Virus record (IMG/VR): IMGVR_UViG_3300032213_001264
Span: 1,555-65,554 of that record
Reading direction: 5' to 3' (one strand)
Source of the DNA: a virus
Lineage: Duplodnaviria > Caudoviricetes
Length of the DNA stretch: 64,000 nucleotides
Positions 35,548 through 46,156 of the stretch are shown one piece after another (position 1 is the first letter of the stretch; each line of letters starts with the position of its first letter). The notes under the pieces are model-generated. The model saw nothing but the letters and a program-made list of their open reading frames with translations. It did not search any database and was not told where the DNA came from. The position numbers were made by a program, and so were the translations under genes.

Positions 35548-36830
35548 TTAAATTAGAAAACATACAAGAGTTAGTTGGCAACCACGTAGCGCCTTACATT
35601 TACAACGCAAAGAACTTTACTCCTGGTATTACACCAATCTATTACAGCGGTCCTTATTGGGATAACAAAGAAACAGAAGCAGCTATTGAAAGCTTTTTAA
35701 ACGGTAAGTGGATTACAACAGGAGAAAAGGTTTATAAGTTTGAGAATAGATTTAGCAAGAGATTTAATGTTAAGCATTCTCACATGGTAAATTCTGGAAG
35801 TTCTGCAAACTTAATTCTTATCGCAGCATTAAAGAGAAGGTTTAATTGGGCAGACGATGATGAAATTCTTGTGTCTCCTGTTGGATTCGCTACGACTGTA
35901 TCAGTGTTATACCAACACAGATTAAAACCAGTGTTTGTAGACATTGAATGGAATACACTTAACTTCGATCTAAAAAAATTAGAAGAGAAGATCACGGATA
36001 AAACAAAAGGCATTTTCATATCTCCAGTATTGGGTAATCCTCCAGATATGGATAAGCTCGTAGAACTTGCAGAGAAATACGATTTAAAACTAATAGGAGA
36101 TAACTGTGATAGCTTAGGATCAAAATGGAATGGTAAGTACTTAAGCGAGTACTACGTAGCATTCTCGAATTCATTCTATCCAGCGCATCACATATCAACT
36201 GGAGAAGGTGGTATGGTATGTACTAACGATGATGAGTTAAAGAAACTATTCGTTAGTCTTAGTTGGTGGGGTAGAGACTGCTACTGCATTGGATCTGCTA
36301 ACTTATTGCCTTGCGGTACATGTGGAAATAGATTCGATAAGTGGTTAGAGAATTATGACGGCGTTATAGATCACAAGTATGTATTTAGCGAAATGGGTTA
36401 TAACTTAAAACCATTAGATTTACAAGGCGCAATTGGCTTAGAGCAATTAGAGAAGTTACCTATTATGGAAGCTAAGCGTAGAGTTGCACAAGCTAGATTA
36501 GAAAAGATCTTTACAGATAATATACCAAACTTAAGAGCTCCATCTAAATTAGAGCAAGCAGATCCTTGTTGGTTCGGCACTCCATTCATATGCGAAGAAG
36601 ATGGATTGAAACATAGATTAGTGGCATTCTTAGAAGCTAACAAAATACAAACAAGAAACTACTTTGCTGGAAATATCTTAATGCACCCAGGATATGCATT
36701 CTTAGATGACTATAAGAATTATCCAGAGGCGAATAAAGTATTAGACAAAGTATTCTTTATCGGAGCTGCGCCGCATTACACTGAACAAGTGTTTGAATAT
36801 ATTGAAGAAGTAGTAAAAAAGTTTAAATAA
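35544..36830 (+). CDS. rfbH: DegT/DnrJ-family sugar 3-dehydratase (RfbH/DdhC-like)
   Basis: VNSGSSAN, DNCDSLG, SFYPAHHISTGEGG (His in place of Lys), WGRDCYC, DHKY, GYNLK. Confidence 0.88.
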   Translation: MIKLENIQELVGNHVAPYIYNAKNFTPGITPIYYSGPYWDNKETEAAIESFLNGKWITTGEKVYKFENRFSKRFNVKHSHMVNSGSSANLILIAALKRRFNWADDDEILVSPVGFATTVSVLYQHRLKPVFVDIEWNTLNFDLKKLEEKITDKTKGIFISPVLGNPPDMDKLVELAEKYDLKLIGDNCDSLGSKWNGKYLSEYYVAFSNSFYPAHHISTGEGGMVCTNDDELKKLFVSLSWWGRDCYCIGSANLLPCGTCGNRFDKWLENYDGVIDHKYVFSEMGYNLKPLDLQGAIGLEQLEKLPIMEAKRRVAQARLEKIFTDNIPNLRAPSKLEQADPCWFGTPFICEEDGLKHRLVAFLEANKIQTRNYFAGNILMHPGYAFLDDYKNYPEANKVLDKVFFIGAAPHYTEQVFEYIEEVVKKFK

Positions 36831-37645
36831 TGATATCAGTATTCGGAGCGACAGGATTCATAGGATCTAAGTTCTATAACAAATATAAAGACGAGTGCGT
36901 TATTGTACCAAGAGAACAAGTAGTACCACAATCCAATAAGGTGTTATATCTGATCAGTACAGTAGACAATTACAACGTATTAGATAATTCATTCATTGAC
37001 ATAGAGACAAATCTTATTCATCTAATGAAAGTGTTGGATAACTGTAAAGGAAAAGATATTCATTTTACTTTTGTAAGTTCTTGGTTTGTTTACGGAGATA
37101 CGCATCTACCAGCTAGAGAATCTTCTCCTTGTAAACCTAAAGGATTTTATTCTATTACTAAATTGGCTGCAGAGCAATTGATAGAATCTTATTGTAAAAC
37201 TTTCAATATCAAATACAACATAGTAAGACTTGGAAATGTAATAGGTAAAGGAGATGGTAAAGCTTCTAAGAAAAAGAATGCATTGCAGTTTCTTATTGAC
37301 GAGATGAAAGCAGATAGAGATATTAACTTATATAATAACGGAGAATTCTATAGAGACTTTGTACACGTAGATGATGTAGTAGATGGTCTTAAGTTTGTGA
37401 TTGATAAAGGAGAAATTGGAGAGATATATAACTTAGGATCTGCAAGAAAGCCAACTCTATTCAAAGATATTATCGCTTATGCTAAACAAGAAATAGGATC
37501 TAATAGTAACATAGGAACTATGGAAGCATCAGATTTTCATAAGATAGTACAAGTAGAGTCTATGTATTTAGATTCTAGTAAATTAGGATCATTAGGATTT
37601 TTTCCGTCAAAAGGAGTTTACGAAGCAATTAAAGAATTGTTATGA
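36830..37645 (+). CDS. NAD-dependent sugar epimerase/dehydratase/reductase
   Basis: GATGFIG, SSWFVYG, YSITK, RDFVHVDD. Confidence 0.9.
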   Translation: MISVFGATGFIGSKFYNKYKDECVIVPREQVVPQSNKVLYLISTVDNYNVLDNSFIDIETNLIHLMKVLDNCKGKDIHFTFVSSWFVYGDTHLPARESSPCKPKGFYSITKLAAEQLIESYCKTFNIKYNIVRLGNVIGKGDGKASKKKNALQFLIDEMKADRDINLYNNGEFYRDFVHVDDVVDGLKFVIDKGEIGEIYNLGSARKPTLFKDIIAYAKQEIGSNSNIGTMEASDFHKIVQVESMYLDSSKLGSLGFFPSKGVYEAIKELL

Positions 37646-38478
37646 TAACATATAATAAGATAGGACATTTTGGAAGATTAGGTAATCAAATGTTTCAGTT
37701 CGCTGCCACTGTTGGTATTGCTAGAAAAGCAAATCAAGGGTTTGCGTTTCCCAAAGAGAATACAGAAGTACCTAGTGTAGAAGACTTTAAAGATGGAGTT
37801 AGACGAGAGGTCTATTTCGATTTGCCAAAATACTTTCCAAATGTAGAAAGAACTCTACAACCTTTAGAAGAGATACAAACATATCACGTAGCTCAAGAAC
37901 CATACTTCCATTTCTGTCCTGATTTATTTACTGTACCTGATCAGACAAATTTAATGGGATACTTTCAAACTGAAAAGTACTTTGAACATTGCTCTGATTT
38001 AATATTAGGATATTTTCAATTTGATAAAGAGATTAAGAAACAAGCAGAAAATAATTTTCCACATTTTCCTAGTAAAGTAGAATATGTATCAATACATTTA
38101 AGAAGAGGAGATTATGCAGGTCTTCAACAGTTCCATCCAGTTATGGATGCAGATTATTATTTCGATGCTATGACTGAATTCATGGATGGAGATTACTGCT
38201 TCTTAATATTTTCTGATGATATACAATATGCCAAAGAATTATTTGGAGAACAAGAGAATATTGTTTATGTAGAAGGAAACGATCCAGCAGTAGATATGTG
38301 CATGATGACTATGTGTGATCACAACGTAATAGCAAATAGTAGTTTCAGTTGGTGGGGTGCATGGTTAAACGATAATACAAACAAAAAGGTTGTAGCTCCA
38401 AAAAGATGGTTCGGACCTGCATACAAGCACGTTCACAATACAAAAGATTTATACCCTGAATCATGGATAGTAAAGTAA
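37642..38478 (+). CDS. Alpha-1,2-fucosyltransferase (GT11)
   Basis: GRLGNQMFQ, GYFQ, HLRRGDY, FSDD, NSSFSWWGAW. Confidence 0.92.
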   Translation: MITYNKIGHFGRLGNQMFQFAATVGIARKANQGFAFPKENTEVPSVEDFKDGVRREVYFDLPKYFPNVERTLQPLEEIQTYHVAQEPYFHFCPDLFTVPDQTNLMGYFQTEKYFEHCSDLILGYFQFDKEIKKQAENNFPHFPSKVEYVSIHLRRGDYAGLQQFHPVMDADYYFDAMTEFMDGDYCFLIFSDDIQYAKELFGEQENIVYVEGNDPAVDMCMMTMCDHNVIANSSFSWWGAWLNDNTNKKVVAPKRWFGPAYKHVHNTKDLYPESWIVK

Positions 38479-39179
38479 AACCATTCTTTAGTGTAGCCAT
38501 ACCCACATGGGGAATTCGAGGTAAAGGGGTAGAGTACTTAGAACACTCATTTAACATACTAGCTCAACAGAGTTTTACAGATTTTGAAGTAGTTGTATCA
38601 GATCATAGCGAAGATAATGATATAGAGAACTTGTGTAATTCTTGGAGTTCTATGATGGATATTAAGTACATAAGAAACTCTTATGGTCGAGGTAAGATAG
38701 CACCGAATTTGAATAATGCAATAAAACATTCCAATGGTGTATTCATTAAGATGTTATTTCAAGACGATTTTCTTTACGACACTGATTCACTTCAGATCAT
38801 ATTCGATAGTATAGCAGAGAATCAAGATAAGGATTGGTTTATCACCTCTTGTGTACATACCGATGATTGCATCACGATGTATGATAGAATGACTCCATAC
38901 TATCACAGTCGTATATATGTAGGAGTAAACACTATAAGTTGTCCTTCTGTATTAACTGTTCGTAAAGAAGCAGATATGCCTATATTTGATGAGTCTCTGA
39001 ATTGGTTAGTTGACGTGGAATACTATAAAAGATTGCATGACGCATACGGAGATCCAGTTGTGATTGATATCATTTGTGCAGTCAATAGAAACGCAGAAGT
39101 TAGAGCTACTAACATAATAACAGAAAAGCAAAAGCAAGAAGAAATATCAAGAGTAATAAGAATGTATGAAACTAAATAA
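38463..39179 (+). CDS. Glycosyltransferase family 2
   Basis: SVAIPT, VSDHSED, LFQDD. Confidence 0.82.
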   Translation: MDSKVKPFFSVAIPTWGIRGKGVEYLEHSFNILAQQSFTDFEVVVSDHSEDNDIENLCNSWSSMMDIKYIRNSYGRGKIAPNLNNAIKHSNGVFIKMLFQDDFLYDTDSLQIIFDSIAENQDKDWFITSCVHTDDCITMYDRMTPYYHSRIYVGVNTISCPSVLTVRKEADMPIFDESLNWLVDVEYYKRLHDAYGDPVVIDIICAVNRNAEVRATNIITEKQKQEEISRVIRMYETK

Positions 39180-39822
39180 CGTAACCATCGCTGCTGTAGC
39201 AGGCACTAAAGCTGTCGAAACTTTAAAGGCTATCAAGTACTCTATGAGAGAATTGGAGTTTGACCGTGCGATCCTAATTACTCCTGACGATATACAAGAT
39301 GACGTGGTAGAGATAATCAAATGTGAACCGTTAAACTACGAACAATATAATCACTTTATAGTTTATAGATTGCACGAGTATATTAACACAACACATTGCT
39401 TATTAGTTCAGAATGATGGATATGTAGTGAATCCAGATAGTTGGCAAGACGAGTGGATGCAATACGATTATATAGGAGCTTTATGGCCATTACCTCAAGA
39501 TGACTTTTCTTTTAGAGATCAAGATGGTAACATACAAAGAATGGGCAACGGAGGATTCACACTAAGAAGTAAAAAGTTATTATGTGTGGCAAAAGATTTA
39601 GATTTAGAATGGAAACAGTATTATGGATTCTATCATGAAGATGGATTCTTTTGTTGTCATCATAGAAAAACTTATGAATCAGCAGGATGTAAGTTTGCTC
39701 CAATAGAAGTGGCAGCTGAGTTCAGTCATGAAACTATGGTAGCAGAGAACTATGGAAACATACCATTCGGATTTCATGGAAGAGACAATTATTATTATCA
39801 CGTAACACAAAAAAGTTTATAA
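39166..39822 (+). CDS. DUF5672-like putative glycosyltransferase
   Basis: VQNDG, YDYIGA, GNGGFTLRS, HEDGFF, FGFH. Confidence 0.75.
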   Translation: MKLNNVTIAAVAGTKAVETLKAIKYSMRELEFDRAILITPDDIQDDVVEIIKCEPLNYEQYNHFIVYRLHEYINTTHCLLVQNDGYVVNPDSWQDEWMQYDYIGALWPLPQDDFSFRDQDGNIQRMGNGGFTLRSKKLLCVAKDLDLEWKQYYGFYHEDGFFCCHHRKTYESAGCKFAPIEVAAEFSHETMVAENYGNIPFGFHGRDNYYYHVTQKSL

Positions 39823-40397
39823 TGAGCAATCAAGAAAGATTAGAACAGCTGTTTAATACTCCACGTATGGGTCACGCAGCATTAGAACCTCACAATAGTG
39901 TAAGAGGTTTGTATGAATTAATACAACACTACTTCAAACCAGAATTTGTGATGGCAGAGATTGGATCTTTTCAAGGAGTTTCAACTATGTTATTTGCAAT
40001 GCATGTTCAAAAAATATATAGCGTAGACTGTTACGACTACGTAGTACCTGAATCAGGAAGAATTCCATCTCACGATCAATTGTTTGTTGATGCTGAGAAG
40101 TTGTTCTTAGAGCGCACATCAGATATTAAAAACATTATTAAAGTTAGAAAGTCTAGTGTTGACGCAGCAAAAGAATTTGAAGACCGAACATTAGATGCTG
40201 TGTATGTAGATGCTGAACATGATCCTATCAGCGTTAGATCTGATATAAATGCATGGAGAAATAAAATTAAAGTAGGTGGTATTTTATGTGGTCATGATTT
40301 TTATCTTCCACATATCTACACAATATTATTAGAAGAAGGATTAGTTAACGAATTGTACACATATCCAGACAGTTCATGGTCTGTAATAATTAAATAG
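39822..40397 (+). CDS. Class I SAM-dependent methyltransferase (Methyltransf_24-like)
   Basis: EIGSFQGVST, YVDAEH, GGILCGHDF. Confidence 0.85.
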   Translation: MSNQERLEQLFNTPRMGHAALEPHNSVRGLYELIQHYFKPEFVMAEIGSFQGVSTMLFAMHVQKIYSVDCYDYVVPESGRIPSHDQLFVDAEKLFLERTSDIKNIIKVRKSSVDAAKEFEDRTLDAVYVDAEHDPISVRSDINAWRNKIKVGGILCGHDFYLPHIYTILLEEGLVNELYTYPDSSWSVIIK

Positions 40398-40398
40398 T

Positions 40399-41394
40399 AT
40401 GAAAGTATTAATAACAGGAGTAGCAGGTTTATTAGGTTCAAGACTTGCAGATTGGATTATAGATAACAAACCAGAAGTAGAAGTAGTTGGTATCGATGAT
40501 TTATCAGGTGGATACTTAGAGAATGTAAACCCAAAGGTTAACTTCTGGCAAATGAACTTAGTAGAACATCCTATTGAGAATTGTTTTTCTACTAATCAAT
40601 TTGATTACGTATTCCACTTTGCGGCTTACGCAGCAGAAGGTTTGAGTCCATTCATTAGACAATATAACTACGACAATAACTTAGTAGCGACAGCAAGAGT
40701 TGTAAACAATTGTATTAAGTACGATGTTAAGAGATTGATCTTTACTTCTACTTTAGCTGTATATGGTCATGGTTACGGTGGTATATTCGATGAAGCTCAA
40801 GTACCAAAGCCAATAGATCCATACGGAGTTGCTAAGTACGCTTGTGAGATGGATATTCAAATAGCAGGTGAACAACACGGTTTAGATTGGTGTATCATTA
40901 GACCACACAATGTATACGGTCGTAAGCAAAATATATGGGACAAGTATCGTAACGTGTTAGGCATTTGGATGTATCAACACATGAATGCAGAACCAATGAC
41001 AATCTTTGGAGACGGTACACAAACAAGAGCGTTCAGTTGTATCGATGATATAGTTGAACCATTATGGAATTCAGCAGTAGAACCAAGAGCATCTAAAGAG
41101 ATTATCAATTTAGGTGGAGTTGAAGAGTGGAGTATCAACGATGCAAATAAAGTATTAAGAGACATAATCAAATACGGAGCAGAGTATCAATATAAAGAAG
41201 GAAGACACGAAGTAAAGCATTCAATTCCTACGTATCAGAAATCAGAAGACATTCTTGGTTTTAAACATAAGACTACATTAGAAGAGGGACTATACGATAT
41301 GTGGCTATGGGCACAACGTCAACCAAATAGAGAGAGATTCGTTTGGCCTTCATACGAATTAGACAAAGGCATTTATTCATTCTGGAAAAAGTAA
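40399..41394 (+). CDS. NAD-dependent sugar epimerase/dehydratase
   Basis: TGVAGLLG, HFAAYA, PYGVAK, NVYG, GDGTQTRAF. Confidence 0.92.
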   Translation: MKVLITGVAGLLGSRLADWIIDNKPEVEVVGIDDLSGGYLENVNPKVNFWQMNLVEHPIENCFSTNQFDYVFHFAAYAAEGLSPFIRQYNYDNNLVATARVVNNCIKYDVKRLIFTSTLAVYGHGYGGIFDEAQVPKPIDPYGVAKYACEMDIQIAGEQHGLDWCIIRPHNVYGRKQNIWDKYRNVLGIWMYQHMNAEPMTIFGDGTQTRAFSCIDDIVEPLWNSAVEPRASKEIINLGGVEEWSINDANKVLRDIIKYGAEYQYKEGRHEVKHSIPTYQKSEDILGFKHKTTLEEGLYDMWLWAQRQPNRERFVWPSYELDKGIYSFWKK

Positions 41395-41395
41395 T

Positions 41396-42289
41396 ATGAT
41401 ATACACACAGTTCATGTACGGTCAAGGTTTCGGTAACCAACTTGCAGTCTACGTAACTACTAGAGCGATAGCTAAAAGAAATGGTTACGAGTTCGGTTAT
41501 ACTGGATTGGAGAACTTCGGTGATAGAAGATACAACGATAAAGGTGTGTACTTTATGGACATTGATTTGGGTATACAAGTACCTGAGCATGAGTATAACA
41601 TGTACACAGAAAAAGAAACAAGAATAAAGCTAGATCATTCAGAACATGATCGTACTCACGGTTGCGATATAAGATTAATAGATCAAGATTTATTGAACGT
41701 AGTTGACGATACTAGAATCATGGGTATCATGCAAGGTGAAGATTATTTTTGGGATTATAGAGAAGAGATTAAAGATTGGTTAAAAGTAAAACCAGAATTT
41801 GATTGCACAGATTTTAGAAGCGATGATATATGCGTATTGAATATCAGAGACTACGAAGCAGATCCTACACTATTTTTATCGAGAGATTATTGGGTTAGAG
41901 CAATCTATCACATGCTTAGTTTAAATTCTAATATGCAGTTCTTAATCATAACAGAGAATCCTGATATGGCAAAGAGATTGTTACCTGAATTAGCGGATAA
42001 TGTGTATCACTTTGATTTAGCTAAAGACTATTCTATTGTTAAGAATGCTAAGTGGTTAATCATATCGAATTCAAGCTTCGCTTATTTTCCAGCAATTTGT
42101 AGCGATGCTCACTTAATCATAGCACCAAAGTATTGGGCTAGACACAATGTATCTAATGGATATTGGTCATGTGGTTACAACGTATCTCGTAAGTTTACAT
42201 ACATGGATAGACAAGGTCAATTACAATCTTACACAGATGTGATGAGAGAATTTGAATTATATAAAAAAGAAAGCAAGATATATGGCTAG
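41396..42289 (+). CDS. GT11-like glycosyltransferase
   Basis: GFGNQL, MQGE, SNSSFAYFP, IAPKYW. Confidence 0.72.
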   Translation: MIYTQFMYGQGFGNQLAVYVTTRAIAKRNGYEFGYTGLENFGDRRYNDKGVYFMDIDLGIQVPEHEYNMYTEKETRIKLDHSEHDRTHGCDIRLIDQDLLNVVDDTRIMGIMQGEDYFWDYREEIKDWLKVKPEFDCTDFRSDDICVLNIRDYEADPTLFLSRDYWVRAIYHMLSLNSNMQFLIITENPDMAKRLLPELADNVYHFDLAKDYSIVKNAKWLIISNSSFAYFPAICSDAHLIIAPKYWARHNVSNGYWSCGYNVSRKFTYMDRQGQLQSYTDVMREFELYKKESKIYG

Positions 42290-43145
42290 AGTATTTGATG
42301 TGTTTACATTCTTTAATGAATTAGATCTCTTAGAATTAAGACTAGAGATGCTAGATCCATACGTAGATCAATTCGTATTGATAGAATGTGTAGAGACTTT
42401 TTCAGGTAAACAAAAGCCATTGTACTTTCAAGATAATAAAGAAAGGTTTTCGAAGTATTTACACAAAATATACCATCACGTAACTTACGATCCACCAAAA
42501 TCGTTTGAAGATTTACAACAACGTATATTAGATCCTAATACAGATAGAGATATTAAAGATGTTTGTATTCAAGCGTTAACTACTTCTAATGTACCTAAAG
42601 GAGAATTACACTGGTTAAAAGAATTTTACCAAAAGGAGATGATAAGATTTGCTATTGAAAATGCAAACGCAGAGAATGATGATCTTATATTTGTAACTGA
42701 CTTAGACGAAATATGGAATCCAGAATTGGATTATACGCAAATAGAAAACGATAAGATCTATAAATTAAAACAACTCGCGTATTCAGGTCATATCAATGTC
42801 AGATCTTCAGAAGATTGGGCAGGTACTCTATTAACTAGATATAGAAACATAGATGGTGCATGCTTAAACCATCTCAGAACTCCATCTAAAACTAAATACG
42901 AATACGTTAATAACGGAGGTTGGCACTTTACATTCATGGGTGGACCAGACCAAATTAAACTTAAGTTAGAATCTTACGGTCACCAAGAATACAATAACGA
43001 TTCTGTTAAAGACAGAGTTAAAGATTTATTGGATAATAATCAAGACGTTTTAGGTAGAACGCATTTTAATTTTTGGATCGATGAATCACAATTACCAAAA
43101 TATCTTTTAGATAATAGAGAAAAATATAAACAGTTTTTTAAATGA
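42282..43145 (+). CDS. GT17-like (beta-1,4-GlcNAc transferase family) glycosyltransferase
   Basis: FFNELDLLELRL, TFSGKQK, DLDEI, GWHFTF, KLESYGHQE. Confidence 0.8.
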   Translation: MARVFDVFTFFNELDLLELRLEMLDPYVDQFVLIECVETFSGKQKPLYFQDNKERFSKYLHKIYHHVTYDPPKSFEDLQQRILDPNTDRDIKDVCIQALTTSNVPKGELHWLKEFYQKEMIRFAIENANAENDDLIFVTDLDEIWNPELDYTQIENDKIYKLKQLAYSGHINVRSSEDWAGTLLTRYRNIDGACLNHLRTPSKTKYEYVNNGGWHFTFMGGPDQIKLKLESYGHQEYNNDSVKDRVKDLLDNNQDVLGRTHFNFWIDESQLPKYLLDNREKYKQFFK

Positions 43146-44278
43146 TAACATTCTGCATACCAAGTAAAAATAATTTAAGATATCTAAAACCATGTATCAA
43201 ATCCATTCAAGATAATTCTTACTATCCGAATGAGATCATTGTGTATGTAGATCAAGATACAGATGGAACTGTAGAATGGTTGAGAGAGACTGGTATTAAG
43301 TTTATTCAAAATCACGAAGAGACTCCACGAGGAATTGGCTTCGCTTACGATAATATGTTTCAATGGGCTGATAGAGAATATGTAATAGCATTTCACGCAG
43401 ACATGATTCTTGGTCCTCATGCAGATAAACACATGATGGATATCAAAACAAAAGACAACATCGTATGTGCTACGCGCATAGAACCACCATTACATCCAGC
43501 TGGAATAGAGAAGATAGTGCAGGATTTTGGTATGTGGCCAGAAGATTTGAAGATAGAAGAGTTTAACAAGTTTGTAGAAGAAAACAAAAGTGATAAGATA
43601 ACAAAGAGCATCTTCGCTCCATGGTTAATTCGTAAAGATCAACATTTAGGTCACGATCCAGTATTCAGATCTGTATTCGAAGATGCTGATTTATTCAGAC
43701 GCTTTAAATTACAAGGCTATGACTTAATACAATCGTGGTCTGCAATGGTATACCATTTAACTTGTAGAGGCGGACAGTTTGCACATGCAGAAAAGATGGA
43801 AGACTTTCAAAAGAAAGACGAAGCTTGGCAAATAAATAACTCCATATCAATGAATGAATACATTAGAAAGTGGGGAGGATTTTTAAAACAAACAGATACA
43901 TTAGAACCAATACCGAATATAAAATATAACATTGGTTTAAGAATACTAAACTGTTTTGACAGTAAAGTTCTTGGCATAGAACCATTCTTCGATCAGATAC
44001 AGTGCGAAGCCGATCCTACTAATTATATTAAAGGAGCAAGCGCATTAACTTCTTTTGATTTGGCTTCTAAGTTTGTGAAAGAACTAACTACAGATATGAT
44101 TTTAGAAGCAGACTATAAAGATATTCTTAATAATCAAGAACTTTTTAATTATATTCTACACAATCTACCAGAATTAATCACTAACGAAGTTGAAGAAGCT
44201 GGAGAATACGAGTTACAAGTATTCAAATTAATCGTAAGAGAGAAAAAAGAAAGCCAACCTAAATTAAAATTATGTTAA
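43142..44278 (+). CDS. Glycosyltransferase family 2
   Basis: IPSKNN, DGT, HADM, RIEPPLHP, FEDADL, YHLTCRG; paralogue of 44272. Confidence 0.85.
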   Translation: MITFCIPSKNNLRYLKPCIKSIQDNSYYPNEIIVYVDQDTDGTVEWLRETGIKFIQNHEETPRGIGFAYDNMFQWADREYVIAFHADMILGPHADKHMMDIKTKDNIVCATRIEPPLHPAGIEKIVQDFGMWPEDLKIEEFNKFVEENKSDKITKSIFAPWLIRKDQHLGHDPVFRSVFEDADLFRRFKLQGYDLIQSWSAMVYHLTCRGGQFAHAEKMEDFQKKDEAWQINNSISMNEYIRKWGGFLKQTDTLEPIPNIKYNIGLRILNCFDSKVLGIEPFFDQIQCEADPTNYIKGASALTSFDLASKFVKELTTDMILEADYKDILNNQELFNYILHNLPELITNEVEEAGEYELQVFKLIVREKKESQPKLKLC

Positions 44279-45447
44279 CACAAGAACAAGTTACATTAGT
44301 TATACCATCGAGTAATAATCTAAGACACTTAAAGAATGCATATCAAAGTATAAAGACACATGCACAATATTGTAAGATCGTTATGTTAGACGATGGATCT
44401 ACAGACGGTACCACAGAATGGTTAGCAGGTTTAAGTGATGATAATATTACAGCAATATATAGATCTTCTGAAAGAGTAGGTCATACTATATTATATGATA
44501 AAGGAATTGAATTAGCGCAAACAGAAGTGGTTGGTATCATGCACGCAGATATGATATTAGGTCCTTACTACTTAGAGAATATGCTTAAGCATTTACAAAA
44601 AGAAACTGTAGTGTGTGCAACAAGAGTAGAACCGCCTTTACACCCAGCAGGCAAAGAGAAAATCATTAGAGATTTTGGTACTGACTTTGACAATCTAAAC
44701 TTAAATGCATTTGAGGCATACGTTTTAGAAGCGCAACACGAGTACAAAGATTTAACCACTAATGGTATGTTTGCACCGTGGATTATATACAAAGAAGACT
44801 TCGTTGCAATGGGAGGACATGACAAACTATTCGCGCCATTCCCTTACGAAGACTCGGATATATTCCAAAGATGGATGCTACACGGATACGAACTAATCCA
44901 GTCAAGAGATGCATTCGTATACCACTTAACTTGTAGAGGACATAGATGGACAGAAGAGATTGGTAAAGACGATGACTACTTTAAGAATGCTTCAGCAAAA
45001 GCGGCAAGAAACTACATTAGAAAATGGGGTAGCTGGATTGACAATGACGAATATCAAAGACCAATATTAAAACCGAGGTACGATATAGGAATAGTCGTAG
45101 AAAATTGTGATGCGAACCTATTGTTATCATTAGAGCCCTGGTTCAATAACATATATGTAGATCAGTCTATAATTGCTGACTATATAGAATATGAGCAACC
45201 TAAGACAGACCTAATCCTTGAAGCTAGGGTGCGTCCAATAGATGAACCAAAGCAGAACGATATACTTATCTACTTTGACGCAAAGGACAATGTAGATCTA
45301 AACATTGTTCCCAATATACAGGTTATTATTAGAGAGTCTGTGGATGCTGTAGGTACTTACGAATACAATGGGTTGAAGATAGATGTATTGCAAATGGTAG
45401 ATCATACAGACAAAATGATGGGTACATTCATCAAGAACGTATTCTAA
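44272..45447 (+). CDS. Glycosyltransferase family 2
   Basis: DDGSTDGT, HADM, RVEPPLHP, YEDSD, YHLTCRG. Confidence 0.87.
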   Translation: MLTQEQVTLVIPSSNNLRHLKNAYQSIKTHAQYCKIVMLDDGSTDGTTEWLAGLSDDNITAIYRSSERVGHTILYDKGIELAQTEVVGIMHADMILGPYYLENMLKHLQKETVVCATRVEPPLHPAGKEKIIRDFGTDFDNLNLNAFEAYVLEAQHEYKDLTTNGMFAPWIIYKEDFVAMGGHDKLFAPFPYEDSDIFQRWMLHGYELIQSRDAFVYHLTCRGHRWTEEIGKDDDYFKNASAKAARNYIRKWGSWIDNDEYQRPILKPRYDIGIVVENCDANLLLSLEPWFNNIYVDQSIIADYIEYEQPKTDLILEARVRPIDEPKQNDILIYFDAKDNVDLNIVPNIQVIIRESVDAVGTYEYNGLKIDVLQMVDHTDKMMGTFIKNVF

Positions 45448-45469
45448 ATATTTATAAGATAAAAGAACA

Positions 45470-45796
45470 ATGGCCCTTTCACAGCAACCTAGATACCCAG
45501 TAAGTTTAACAATAGATGGCAAAAAGATGCCATTCATCATACAGTTCGATGTAAACGATAACCCAACCAAAATGGGTTTAAAAATGCAATTCATCTTGAC
45601 TGATGAGCCTCAAGATCCAAGAGATAAGCAGGAGTTGGCAAACAAAATATCTGTAGCCCTACAAAAAAGATTGGGAGATGCTGGAATTACAGTGGCTTAC
45701 GATGATAGAAATGCTTACAAAAATGTGATAGGCTTCACTATTCCTTTGACCTCAGTATCAGATATGATAATGAAGGCATTCAAAGGCGCAGAATAA
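45470..45796 (+). CDS. Hypothetical protein
   Basis: 108 aa downstream of an ATATTTAT motif. Confidence 0.72.
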   Translation: MALSQQPRYPVSLTIDGKKMPFIIQFDVNDNPTKMGLKMQFILTDEPQDPRDKQELANKISVALQKRLGDAGITVAYDDRNAYKNVIGFTIPLTSVSDMIMKAFKGAE

Positions 45797-45812
45797 AACA
45801 ATCATAATCGTT

Positions 45813-46154
45813 ATGAAAAACAACAGACCTCCTCGTGCAATCTTCGAAAACGTAGAGACATTAAAAGCACATGAGATACAAACCTCAGAGATATTAAAGA
45901 CTCTGATTAAGAACGAAGTCCCTAAATCTATAGAATATGCTATAGATAATAAGAAGACTTTTGCTTCTATATTCGAAATTAACGATTCAAATTGCTACAT
46001 AGAATTACACAAGAATCAATGGGTTCAAGCACTAGAAACATGTATCATATTCTACATAGAAGAAGAGGATTACGAATCGTGTAACAAGATTACCAAACTA
46101 ATAGAAAAGATAAAGAAGAAGCCGAAGAAGGTAGTCACTAAACCAAAACTATAA
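45813..46154 (+). CDS. Hypothetical protein with UVR-like C-terminal motif
   Basis: YIEEEDYESCNKITKLI. Confidence 0.65.
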   Translation: MKNNRPPRAIFENVETLKAHEIQTSEILKTLIKNEVPKSIEYAIDNKKTFASIFEINDSNCYIELHKNQWVQALETCIIFYIEEEDYESCNKITKLIEKIKKKPKKVVTKPKL

Positions 46155-46156
46155 CA

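Noticed and set aside
28262-45447. Bacterial chromosome O-antigen locus / cellular origin of the window
   Set aside because: No wzx/wzy/wzm, single-strand gene packing, many small phage-type hypotheticals, homing endonucleases and an incomplete isc set all indicate a phage
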